From: Tubiluchus corallicola
Lineage: Eukaryota > Animalia > Priapulida
Direction: 5' to 3'
NCBI GenBank assembly: GCA_030141605.1
Contig: JAQGDQ010000038.1
Coordinates: 310,001-374,000, forward strand
DNA: 64,000 nucleotides
Within the stretch, counting starts at the first letter, position 1. Each line of letters opens with the position of its first letter. The translations under genes were made by a program, and so were the position numbers. Of this stretch, positions 52,401 to 64,000 are shown piece after piece. Under the pieces are notes generated by a model, which did no database searches, was not told where the DNA came from, and saw nothing but the letters and a program-made list of their open reading frames with translations.

Positions 52401-55400
52401 AACCCACCCTCTAAAATAATTTAGCGACTATTATAGTATCTTTGGTAAAAGCATGTATGAAAGTTTGATACGTAATGATAATAAAATACATGACTATTGA
52501 ATTCTACACAAAAATCACAGCTTTTCAGTTCAATAAAATATATTTCTGTAGTGTTTCTCCATTGTTCATTAGATCCATGGTCAAAAGAATCCTTAAAACT
52601 ATGCCAATCCTGACGAGTTAATATCTCAATATTATTTCATGCTCGTACCACTAATATAACTTACAGCTACATTTCTATTCAAATTTGTGCCTGCAAATCC
52701 CAACTAAATTTTTGCAGTGTAAGCCGACTACATGTTAGATGTAAATCACCACACACCAAGTGTCAGTGTTGGTTAGCAATACTGTACCGTAGTAATACTT
52801 CTAGTCACAAGAGATGCCGCATGATTGATTATTTTGATGAAGTAATCCAAAGATTGGTTTGCTAGTTGGCTTATTTCCAATAGTTCAAGTTTAATTTGAG
52901 ATATCAATTGTTTTTTCAAATTAGCTGGCAATTAACGATAGCACTAATTAAATTATGATTGTGAATGCCAATATGTTCACAAAACTATAGCGGTTCATTT
53001 CACAGCAATTATTACCCTTGTGGAATTGTGCTATAAGGATGAAATCTTGGGTCTCCTCTGTCATAATGAACTGGTAGTTCAGGTGGCAGAGCATGGGAGT
53101 CTTCATCCCACAAGGATAATAAATGTTGTGAAATAAACTGCAATGGTTTATAGACATTCTGGCATTCACAGTCATAATCTAATTAATAATTAACTTGAGC
53201 AAATTTGCAATTTTCCACATTTTCTTGTCTCGTCTCAAACAGTGTGAGAAATATAAATTTCTCATCTCATCTCGTCTTGAAATCCAAAAAGGGCTTCTTG
53301 CAGACCCCTACAGCAAGGCTAATTAAAAGTTACCTGTATTCACCAAATTCAAGAAGGCTCCCAGCCTGCACTGCTGCTTCCATCTGTGCTCTTGTTGTAA
53401 ATTGGTACTCCTTGCCATCAATCTCAAAAACTTTCCTTGGACGGGAAGTATCTAACAGAAAACATCAAGGTAAATACATATAGTTTTTTTTAATTATTAA
53501 ATTTGTGCAAAATTTGTTTAAGTGTTTAATGTTTACTATTGTCACATACGTGGTACTGTTGTTTTAAAATGATCTGGATTACTTTCCAGCAATCTCCGCT
53601 TTAACTCATTTCGCCCTACGCCAGGCGCCCCTGCAAGTAAAAAACAGAAACATTACGTATCACTGACATTACATTGTAATTTGCAGAAACTCTGCAGTTA
53701 TTATTTTTAAAACATACTAATGGAACAAAATTATTGCACCATACTAAATAATGGGCAGTGGTTAATGTGAATGTGATTATGCATCTTTTGTAGGTTTTGT
53801 TTTTAGGCACACAGAATTTATAAAAGGTCAATTGTTCCAATAGGAACAGTAAATGGCAAAAGTTAAATGATAGAAATATTGATACTTTTGCCTTTGCTTT
53901 TGAGCTGATTTCCCATTTATTGAATACACAGCATACTTTGTGCAGTGTGCCTTACCAGTAAAAGGCTGCATTTTTTGCCTCACCTACACCCATCTTACCC
54001 ACAGATTGTCAAAGTCTTTGAAATTAACATCACGATTCAATACCTCTTTCTGAACTTTCAAATGATTTTATGCAGTTAAACAGCTTTTCTTACAAACTTC
54101 CATCTGATAACTACCTTTTATTATAAGGAAATGAATACCTTTGCTTTTCGACGAGTTTCTCGTTTATTTATTAAGATTGTGCAATAGAAAAATCTTCTTG
54201 ATTCTCATACATTTATTTATTTATTCTCTGAAAACAATTATTTTACTTAATACCTCTTTATTAATAACCCTTGCAAGCTTGGGTCATTAAACTTCATAGG
54301 GTGGATAGCCCTGGGCAGGGGGACGGCAGCAAGCGTCTGTTAGATCGCATCTAATCATAGGGCCTTTAGTTTTTTCAAATTTCTTTTTTTCACAACTATT
54401 CAGGTATCGTGGTGATGATGTGAACCTGGAGTTTTAAAATCTGGGATTCCTTAAGGGGCTCATTATAAAAGCCAAAGGCAGAAGATGGGGTCAAAAAAAA
54501 TAATTCAATGAATATAAAAGCTAGAAGCATGATACTTACAGGTGAATATTAGAAAAAGGTACTCAGAGAAGAAAAGGTGACCCCTGGGTCACAGATCACA
54601 ACACACAATAACAGACACCAAAATGTAAAAAATAGGGCAAATAATTTTGCCAACCAGCTTTACTTACAGTATTTACCATGAGTTTATGTTTTTGCATATA
54701 TGGATAGCCAAGTAAGTGGACAAAGTATTTATCAGTCATGTGACATGGGCAAAAAGGCTAAAACAGGGTTTTGTCAATAACTGGTGAATTAAATAAGCTG
54801 GAGTATTGAAACTTGCAGCGTGGGTACCAGAGTATGGGTTCAGACAATGGAACACTAAATGATGACTATGTGAGAAAGGGTTAAGGACAGTAGATCTATC
54901 AGTTTTCCGTTAGGCTTTATCTCCTTCACCATATTTGAGTTAGAGCAACAGTTTTTACAGTTACTATGTAATACAGCAACACAAATTCAATAAAATCAAA
55001 ATAAAAAATTTCAAACAAAAGACTGATGTCTTTTCAAGGCACAATTCTGTAACTATTGTTGAAAAATCATCAGTTTCTTATCACGCCATTCTGTTAATAA
55101 CTCAGGAGGTAAAGAGTTGTAAAACAAAACTTTACCAGTTTGTCGGCCCAGACAGTGTATCAATTTTGTTGGGTACTAGATGACTTTGCATTGGGTGGTT
55201 CAACATCACAGGCAATTTTTCTCAAAAGTTTTGGAAGTTATCTCCTCCTAGTTCTAGGATTTTAACAGCAAGACGCAGGCAATAGAGGGTGTTGAGTTCT
55301 AGGGCACCAGATGAAACTAATTTGCTTTGGTTAAATGGGTGGGACTGTGGAAGCACTGTGAGTGGGGTCTGCAAAATATGACCTTTGGTGAAAAAGTGTT

Positions 55401-58400
55401 CTACTAGTGTAACATATTATTGAAAAGCATGCCATGAGACAAAATCAGTAATGACAGTTAAATGAATTTTCGAAATCAATGGGTGGGTAATCTTTTAGAG
55501 GTAATGTAAGAATTTCATGTCGCATAGTTATTCGAAGCTTGTGAGAAAAGTTGCTCAACTGCATTACATTATTTGAGGGCTCACAGAAAGAGGAATTGAA
55601 TCATGATATTCATTTCAAAAACTCGTGGTAAAGAGTGAAATGCAACCTTTTACTGGTAATGCACATTGCATGAAGTATTTTCTGTGTTATATTAGACGGA
55701 TGCTGGTAATGAAAGTTGTTTAACTGCATTAAATGACCTAAGATCAAAGGCCATTGGTCATTTGAAGGTCAAAAAAACAAAAACGTAATTATAGATATTA
55801 TTTATTAATGCAGTGTCACCTTAGCATGCAGTAAATGGCACAGAATTTAACTGCATAGTTTTTCTATGCCTAAACTGTTTTCCTTAGTGAATATTTGAAC
55901 ATTTTGTGATTTGCTATAATAAAATAGTGTCTCCAAGAAATGTATATCAATTGGCTGTTGACAACACTCCAGCAATGTGCAACTACGGCAAACAGTATTA
56001 CAAAGAGACGAATTCTGCTGAACTTTATGGCTTGTAACAAGCTTATAGTTAGCAAATAACAGATGTGGAGTTTAAAATAGCACTTAGAATTGAACATTGA
56101 AATACCTGGTTTCTGAGAAGCTCAAAACAATATAACTAGTTACACAGTCTCATTTAGCAAAGACAGTTATAACAAAATTTGTAGTACAACAGGTTACAAA
56201 ACAGAACTTGAATTAACATGCACTTTTACAATCAGTCATTTAATTTCGCAGATTCACAGACCTTATTGTCTCATAAAAGGTCAATTTTAGCATTGTGCTC
56301 GGACTGTATTAAATAATGCCACGTTTAATAAAATTTCACAAACGGCTCAAGATACATACCAATGAGTATAATGGGCCTGTGATGATCAAGTTCAGGCTCA
56401 AGAACGGCTACTTCTTCATAAGGAATAAAATCCTTGCGAATAACTTCATCACTGTTTCGATTCTCTTGGACATTTTTGGAAATGTCATTCCTCAACGGAG
56501 ATTTCGATTTGCTTCTACGATCTGTATTCAGAACCATACGACTAAAAAGTAAACATCCGATAATAGCATCGAACTGTTCTTTTTGAATAAATGTTAATAA
56601 ATGTAGTTGTTATAAAACGTTATATATATATTGAAAGATGGAACGGTATTGTGCATGTTTGGCACACCTAACTAACTGATGAATGATTATTAATCTCGTG
56701 TTGCGACAGTGAAATACAACTTTACTTCAGTGCAAAAGGTTACTAAGGATTGCAACGAAGGTCATTTGCATTGTGGACATTATTCGCTCGAACTGACCAT
56801 GAAAGAGAGCTCTCAAATTCTGCAAAAAGTTGAGTTTTTTACTACATCAACATAACTACCCAATGCTAAATAAGGCTAATTCTTGCCGGCAGAACTATAT
56901 GAACTCGTTAAAAAACTATATGAATAATCAAGAATGTTGCTAAAATAAATGTAATGTTCTTTTTAGTAACTAAATGAACATTCCATAACATTCTACACTT
57001 TGTGCACACAAGACCTACAAGCCTACTAAATTCTAGCTTTCTACCGCTTTAAAAACATTTTTGAATTAATGTAATGCACACCGTTCTTGTAAAAATTGAC
57101 TGGGTATAAGGCCTGCCCTATAAACGCCTTCATTTTCAAGATCCTCCACCTTCCGAGCTTGCCACCAGTTTGGATCAGTTTGTTCCACCACGTGCAGCAC
57201 ATCTCCTTTCCGAAACAAGAGTCCAGCTTCTTGGCACGGAATAAGATTATCTTCGGAAGGATTGTAATCAAAGAAGGCTTTTACATGAACCTGAAAAAGA
57301 CACACATCTGAGTCTCTGCTTTAGTAAAAAATGATTCACAATCAAGTAAGTACAGGAAGGAATAACTGTACCAGTTTTCTTTTGACATCCCACCAGCAGC
57401 AGTCACAACAACAGAGAGTGCCGTAGTTAAATAGGTACTGGTAAACAGGCTCTGGTAAACGGGCACATTTTATGTTAAGGCACTCATTTGGTTAGTAATG
57501 AGGTTGAAAAAGGAACCTTTTAGAGCAACCTCTCGCAAATACAATAATTTCACTGAAAGTCGATTTGGACAGCTATTAAACTGCTAGAAGAATTGATAAA
57601 ATGATGCTACTGCATCAATTTAGATATTTTTCTCAGTAGACTGATAGACTAAGTAGTCTATGTTCGAGCCATTTCAATGAGTTTTACTGTTACAAGCAAA
57701 TCATCATGCAGTCAATTCTCATCGGAACTCCAATTTGAAAAAAACGCAGTGCAGGTAAAGATAAAGACATAAGAGATTCTCTGTACATAAGAGCATAAGG
57801 TGTAGTATAAGCTCTTATATTGCAATAGGTGAATATTCAATGATAAAAGCAAATATATGAAATTTTTGATTAAAAAAATTGCAAATGATCCACCAGACCA
57901 CAATTTTTGCACACATTTTCTAAATACAGTCAAGCTCTTACAGTGTTATTTATGCTACCTCTAACAAACAGGAGAAAGTAATTCAACTTTGCTAAGCTAC
58001 ACTAATTAGATACAAGAGAAACACTTAAGTAAAGTTTGTTACTCTGCTTTCTGGAATTCTGTTTTCTTCAAAATCAGCCGGAATGAGTTTGAACGTAAGA
58101 GTTCCACTTCCGTTCAGCTAAAAAATAAACACATTCCTAAAGTATCAATAAAAATCACAGACTAAAAGCAATAGGTATCCAGCAATCTTAAAAGTATATC
58201 TATTTTAAGTCCGTATTGATCTTGCAGAATCAGAAAGGTTGGATTTAACAGGAAAACAAACATTCCTATCATTTGCATTGCCATCACACGACAAAAACAC
58301 TCTACCATGGGCTGTACCATTCACAAGATTCACATACATCTCATCTCAGTAAACTATTGTTACAACCAGCACTAGTCACTTTTCTATAATAGTTTAATAA

Positions 58401-61400
58401 CGACTTGATTACAGTATCAAACACACACATAATGGAAATTGGCATTACCAGTATCTTAACAACATCTGTCGGATTCAGTCCGTGCACCGGTTGACCATTA
58501 ACTTCCATGACTTGATCACCTACGTGTATCATCCCACATCTGTCAGCACAGCCACCATGCATGACTCGCGCAATAAAAATAGCTCCAGTTTTTTCATCTT
58601 TTTTTATTGTAGCTCCCTATTAGAAAAAACTGTGAAAATGATCACACTTGTAAGAAAACTTATTTGCTAATAATGCTGAAAAATTTCTCCAGGTGTTGAT
58701 AATTTAATTAACTGCATCAGAGCCTGATATTGTACAATTTTCAAAATGTATCGACACTGAAAAAACATACCAGAACAAAAAATGTAAATTGTTCAAATTG
58801 TACTGGGCCAGAGATTAATTACAAATCCTAATGACTTGTTTTGGTCTGAAGGCGAGACTAGATGCTGATTGTCAAAGTATATGAACTCGTGCCATTTATC
58901 TCGTTAAAAGAAAAAGAAAGTGGCTAAAACACTCACATGTCAAATCAGCATTTATTTTTAAAAGTTAGTTTGATAGCAACCTAGGTTCCAGTCCTACCAC
59001 AAACATCTACATTAAGTTAGCCCTGCTCCTACTGTTGGATTTTGACTTGCAGTATGTCTTGAACGATGAATAAATTTTACAGCGCATCACTATTCATTAC
59101 TGATAAGTTTCGATTATTAACATATTTGTCACTTAAGGCACCGAGGATCATTGCAAAGACAATTCTTCTCTGTATATGCTGCAGATTATTTCCAAAGGAC
59201 TCTTAAATATATTTAAAACTTGGACAATTTTAAAATAAGCTTACCAGTGGCTCATTAGTTTTAACAAGTTTAACAATCTTCATGGAAATGTCGTCTTCAT
59301 CAACTTCATATGGAATTCTGGGTAAAACAGGCACAAAGTTTTTGTTTGCCACATCATCATGTGCAGACAGCATTGCCTATAATAAAACAAGATGCATTTC
59401 AGATTTAAAAGAAAGTTAAACAACATTTTTTTGTGAAACGTTTAACTCTGGCATAGACTTAAAACAAAGACAAAAATTGGCAAAACTAAAATAAACAGTG
59501 GCATTACATAGTCGTTAACAACTAAGGGAAAAGGCAAAGTGATGTCGAACACTTAGTAACCGTAATTAAGCAGAGCGAAGCCTGGTAAGAAAATGGATGG
59601 TGACTACCAGGGCTACCCGAGAACTGCAAGATTGGAGTGGAATGGAGGAGATCACATGTGTAATAGATGCATATGTTAAAACCTCAAAATGACTCAAGGT
59701 GCTGGTTCTGTACTTTGTAGTTAAAATAACGTGCAAACTTTCATCAGTTTTGTAAAAATCCCCAGATTCAAAAAACCGTGACTCAATAATAAAATCTTCT
59801 GGGATTAACATAAATTCCTAGTAACTACAAACAAACTATTAGACAACTACTGAAATATTACTTGGCTCACTTACAAAAAGTACCTAAAAGACTGATAAAT
59901 TCTTACTTGAAAAAATGTGTCAGATAGTATTGTGTGTAGTTCTTGTACATCTGACTGGCTTAACCTGCCACTAATGTCTTCTAAAACCTAAAAAATGAAA
60001 AATACAGAATCATATCACTAGAAAAAAAATCAAATTTTATCAGAAGTTCACATCTCCTGGAGTCCATATTATCACTATTAATGACAGAAAAATTTGCATT
60101 AATTGGTTAATGTCCAGTTAATTCACTGGTCACTAACCAAGCAATTCATGTAGCATATTAAACTAGACAAGTTAAACTTGAAAAATCTGACAGTGGCTCT
60201 CAGGGGTTTCTTGGTTTACCAAAATAATTCTCATTCTGTAATAAATCATTCAAAATAATTTTCCATACTGATTTCCGACTGTAAACATTTAAACTTTAGT
60301 TTAAGCAATTCCAACTGACTAATATTTGAGCTGTGTATCAACAATAAAACAACTTTCATGGGAAAAGATATTCTACGTATGTTAATTATTAGTAATTATA
60401 ATTATGTACTGTATTTGGGCTTCCGTACCTGCACTTTATATAACAAATTACAGTAGATTTGTCCAATAATTTTTTAATCACAACAACAGCCTCTGGGTAA
60501 TAATGCATAATAAAATATGCTATAAGCACTTTAAAAAATACTAAGTACAAAATTGGTCCAATTAAATTCATTCTTTTTAGGTGAAACATCAAAAATGAAA
60601 ACACAAACACAAACTGAGCACAATTCATTGCATATGGAAGACAAAATCTAAGGCAAAAAAGCACTATACAGACAAATTACAACAGATCATTGCTTAATGC
60701 CACATTTAATGACAATTCATATTAACGATGATTTTTAGGCACCACTTTCATCACGTGTCGCTGATGATGAATTTTTATATTTATTAAAAAAACTTTTTTT
60801 GGTTTGATGAGAATTTTTGCAGTGGTACTGTAAATGTACCATATAATTAAGTTTGTATTTAAGGGCTGGCTGTCATGCGTGTCCAGTTTAAACTGATTGT
60901 GTATCATAAACTTGCTAGAGACCTAAATATTTCTAATTGTGAGGTATGACAAGTATTTAAATATACATTAAAATGTCTAAAGGTACAAATTGTTTAGATA
61001 GCAACCAAATGAAAACAAAATGATTGCACAAGGACAAATTGCAAGGGCAAGACTTGTTGTAGTGCCAGACGACTAGCTGGACTTCAATGTTAATCACTGC
61101 GTAGGGCAAAAAGTCTGAATTCAGCAAGCAGGTTGCTGGCTGACCTCCCTAGTGTAAAGTTAGAAGTCTGATTTGCAAGAGAATTAATAATTTTTCAAAG
61201 ACATGCTAGAGCAATACATCTCTACAATGACCTAAATTCATTTCATATGGGCAACATGACACCTAACACATAACACGTTTTGTTGATTGCGTTACCATTA
61301 AAGTGCGACATTTGCAGTGAGTGACATTCTTACCTACACTACTCACCTGTTTGCTAAGCTCCTGCGATGCATTCGTTTCTGGTACCTTTTCATTATTAGT

Positions 61401-63853
61401 TCCCTCTGTGGCAGACACTTCAGCGACCTTGTTGTGAACCTGAATAAATAATGAGTTACAGTAATGGTGTAATGAGTAATATTTTCCTTAGATAATTCAT
61501 ATTATGTATTGAAGTAACAGCGCAGTTTGGGTTATTAATATGTACATTACATGGTAATAAACCATTTTCCTTAAAATACGATTTAAAACTTTGGTTTTTA
61601 TTGAGAGAGCAACAAACCAATGACTTTTTGCGTAGCTGATGCATAGATTACAGCTGTAGATACCGTAGCATACAACAACACATACTTAATACACAGGTAC
61701 GTGGATACTATTCTGAATATTATTTAAGAAACTTTACGAAATACTCTGTCACTTCACTTCGGAGAGCATTGCAGAGCAACATCTCTCCTGTATATACATC
61801 ACAAGCTATAACTTCAGTTACGTGGTTAGCTATTCTCACAAAATCAGTTTACTAGAATGGCGGAAATCCATTTCAGCTAACTTTGCTTAAAGGCAGCTAA
61901 CCTATGTATCTGTAACATAATTTGTGTTGCATACACTGGAAAGGTATTGTTTTGGTTCAGTTAGCTTTGCTCAATGACGAGTGACTATTCAGCAGAAATA
62001 AATATAGTTCATGCTGTATGTATTAGAGAGATGCTATTCTGCAAGAATCGCTAATGTTTGTTGTTATTGCAGCATTGGGTGTTTTTGTTCATTATAAACC
62101 CAGAAAAATTTGTTGGGTCATAAAAGCAAACCCAAGTCATACAGTAATGCAATTAATGTAAAGTAAACATAAACATGTATAGTTTAAAAACCAGTAATTT
62201 TAACAGTTTCATTTTCAGTATTAACTTGTTTTAGTAGTAATTTAAAGGAAACTATACTCTACCTTAAACTATAGTTCAAAACAATCTACCCTGCAAAATG
62301 TTGAAAGGGAACATACTATTTTTTCAAGAATAACCAACGCGAAAGAATTATTACCAAAGAAAAATTAATTTCGCATTCGTGTAGTCAGTTCTTCTCTGTT
62401 ACAAGCATTTCACCATTCACTAGTTTCTTAGTTACTTAGTTAGATGGACACTAGCACATGCATCTCTGAAACACATTGCACAAAAAGGGTGCTGTACCTC
62501 TCAGTTCAATGGTGACAAAGCGCACACGTTTAACAGCTAATGCATGAGCACAGTGGTAAACTTGAAATTTGAATTTTAAATTTAAAATATGTCGAGTTTT
62601 TTATATCACACTAAATGTTGTACAGTAGCCACTGTACATCAGTTTTAGCTTTCTCAAACACGTACAACATGCTCATGGAATGTCTGTGATGTTGAACATT
62701 ATGTTCAGTTGTGATGTCATCACTAGTTCGGCTCGCCCACCATTAAGTTTTTAACCAATTATTTAATTATCAGGCATTGCTATAGTTAGTAAAATGTATA
62801 CTTTTTACAACACTTCAAAATGTGGCACAACATGAAAAATCATTCTGTTCTCCTTTAAGATCTGAGCTTAAAATTAGTATTCATAACTAGTACCTTACCA
62901 TAACGAGAGCGTGAAAGTCCGTACTTGTCAAGAGATTACGTAGAAACTTGTGATCCCCTTCTTCTGGTTTGATTTTAACTCGAATTTTATCAAATGATTC
63001 CAAGAGACATGATATGTCTATAAAATTGTAATCAGATTAAAAACGTCAAATTAGAAAACTGAAGATTAGGAAGTAGTAATTAACAATATAAAACCATTAA
63101 AATTTAATTTTATAGCACAAAATGATATGACCTTCTTTTTGAACTTAATATCAACTATGCATTAGCTTACTGAGTTCATACTATTAAACAACAAAAAACT
63201 TGAAAATGTACTATTATACTCACTGCTACTTAAATTAACGTTAATGACGGGTTGTCCATTAGGAAATTGAAACAAGGTTGTTAATACATTTACAACTTTT
63301 GAAACAGACGAAAAACAAGAAGTACACAAATCGCAAGTTTGGTTAAACTGTGAATAAATGATATCATCTTTTTAAATAAGCTCAATTTTTTCAATTACCG
63401 AGATTGCGAAACAGTGATGTTATGGTAGCTTTTTTACTGTGGGGGAGAAACAACTAAACTACAAGAAATTGTGTGCCATTTTGTAGTTTCATTAAAAGCT
63501 GAGCCATATTATTGAAATTTGACTTAGAAGCCTGCATTCCAAATTTGATGAAACATACATATACTTTTTTGCTGATCTCAATACCCATACACAACTCTTT
63601 ACAAATCTCTTCAATTTGAAGCCATGTTTGCAAAGAGTAAAATTGGAGAAGAAAAACAGAAAGGCAATTTCCTCAGATATATTATTGTAGATTACAAGTA
63701 GTGAAACAAACTGAAATGTTTATCCATTAGCAAGACTTACTATGATCTCCTATAGGTGGTGTCGCTTTGTCTACAGACAACATCGCAGGCAGCATTGACG
63801 CTATACAACAAAGGCAAACCTCACCTGTTTCATCTTTCTTCTCTACTGAACAT
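46439..63853 (-). CDS. MPP7: MAGUK p55 subfamily member, MPP7/MPP3-like (L27-L27-PDZ-SH3-GK); 5' end probably outside the window
   Basis: Phase-consistent exons: 63853-63825, 63017-62899, 61439-61347, 59987-59907, 59376-59245, 58616-58449, 58117-58043, 57290-57082, 56541-56360, 53630-53550, 53451-53334, 47922-47838, 47384-47250, 46615-46439 (about 560 aa). [27 protein letters not shown]; SH3 [23 protein letters not shown]; [33 protein letters not shown]; ends WVPVTWTR*. Confidence 0.92.
49501..51207 (+). CDS. Secreted astacin-family zinc metalloprotease (signal peptide, astacin, EGF, CUB), nested in a MAGUK intron
   Basis: Exon 1 49501-49684 (phase 1, G|GTTTGT) joined to exon 2 49982-51207 gives about 469 aa. 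Hydrophobic signal, RVKR furin site, [12 protein letters not shown] zinc motif, STMHY Met-turn, [23 protein letters not shown]-like C..DWLEV..GPQFC..F.IKY. Confidence 0.92.
54285..54830. repeat. Probable decayed interspersed repeat with internal subrepeats
   Basis: Recurrent AAGCT.G...AT.A(A/T)ACTT.CA.G motif at about 54276, 54518 and 54796; locally raised GC; no ORF. Confidence 0.35.
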
Positions 63854-64000
63854 CTACAAAATAATTTTAGGTAAAATAAGTACACATAAATATAGATTAA
63901 TACCTCTGTACCTCTATTTGGAGTGTATTCTCTGTCCTAGCAAGCTAATATTGCAGCAAATTATAATGCACCTCCACAGTGCTGCACTAGATAGTGAAAT

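Noticed and set aside
13190-63853. U12 or non-canonical introns, recoding or read-through
   Set aside because: All reconstructed introns are ordinary GT-AG and all CDSs close in frame without internal stops.

Overview
AT-rich, intron-rich invertebrate (probably spiralian/lophotrochozoan; species cannot be determined) nuclear DNA. Most ORFs in the track are intronic noise, so I rebuilt gene models by hand from GT-AG junctions and checked exon phases. There are five protein-coding genes. (1) RBFOX/Fox-1 (+, about 4.5-29 kb, several candidate first exons). (2) Axonemal dynein intermediate chain DNAI2 (-, 29.7-38.9 kb). (3) RPL38 (+, 40.4-43.0 kb, head-to-head with DNAI2). (4) An MPP7-like MAGUK (-, 46.4 kb to beyond the window end). 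(5) An astacin-EGF-CUB metalloprotease nested antisense in a MAGUK intron. The window also holds a tRNA-derived SINE, two intronic MITE/foldback elements and a ~71-bp minisatellite. The most interesting signal is an apparently multilayered self-regulatory splicing circuit in RBFOX: TGCATG sits in both splice sites of the 93-nt RRM exon, there is a candidate poison exon with downstream GCATGs, and a long intronic hairpin masks a donor site. One candidate first exon encodes a 10-residue-periodic Trp (GW-like) repeat. Nothing was verified with RNA data or database searches.
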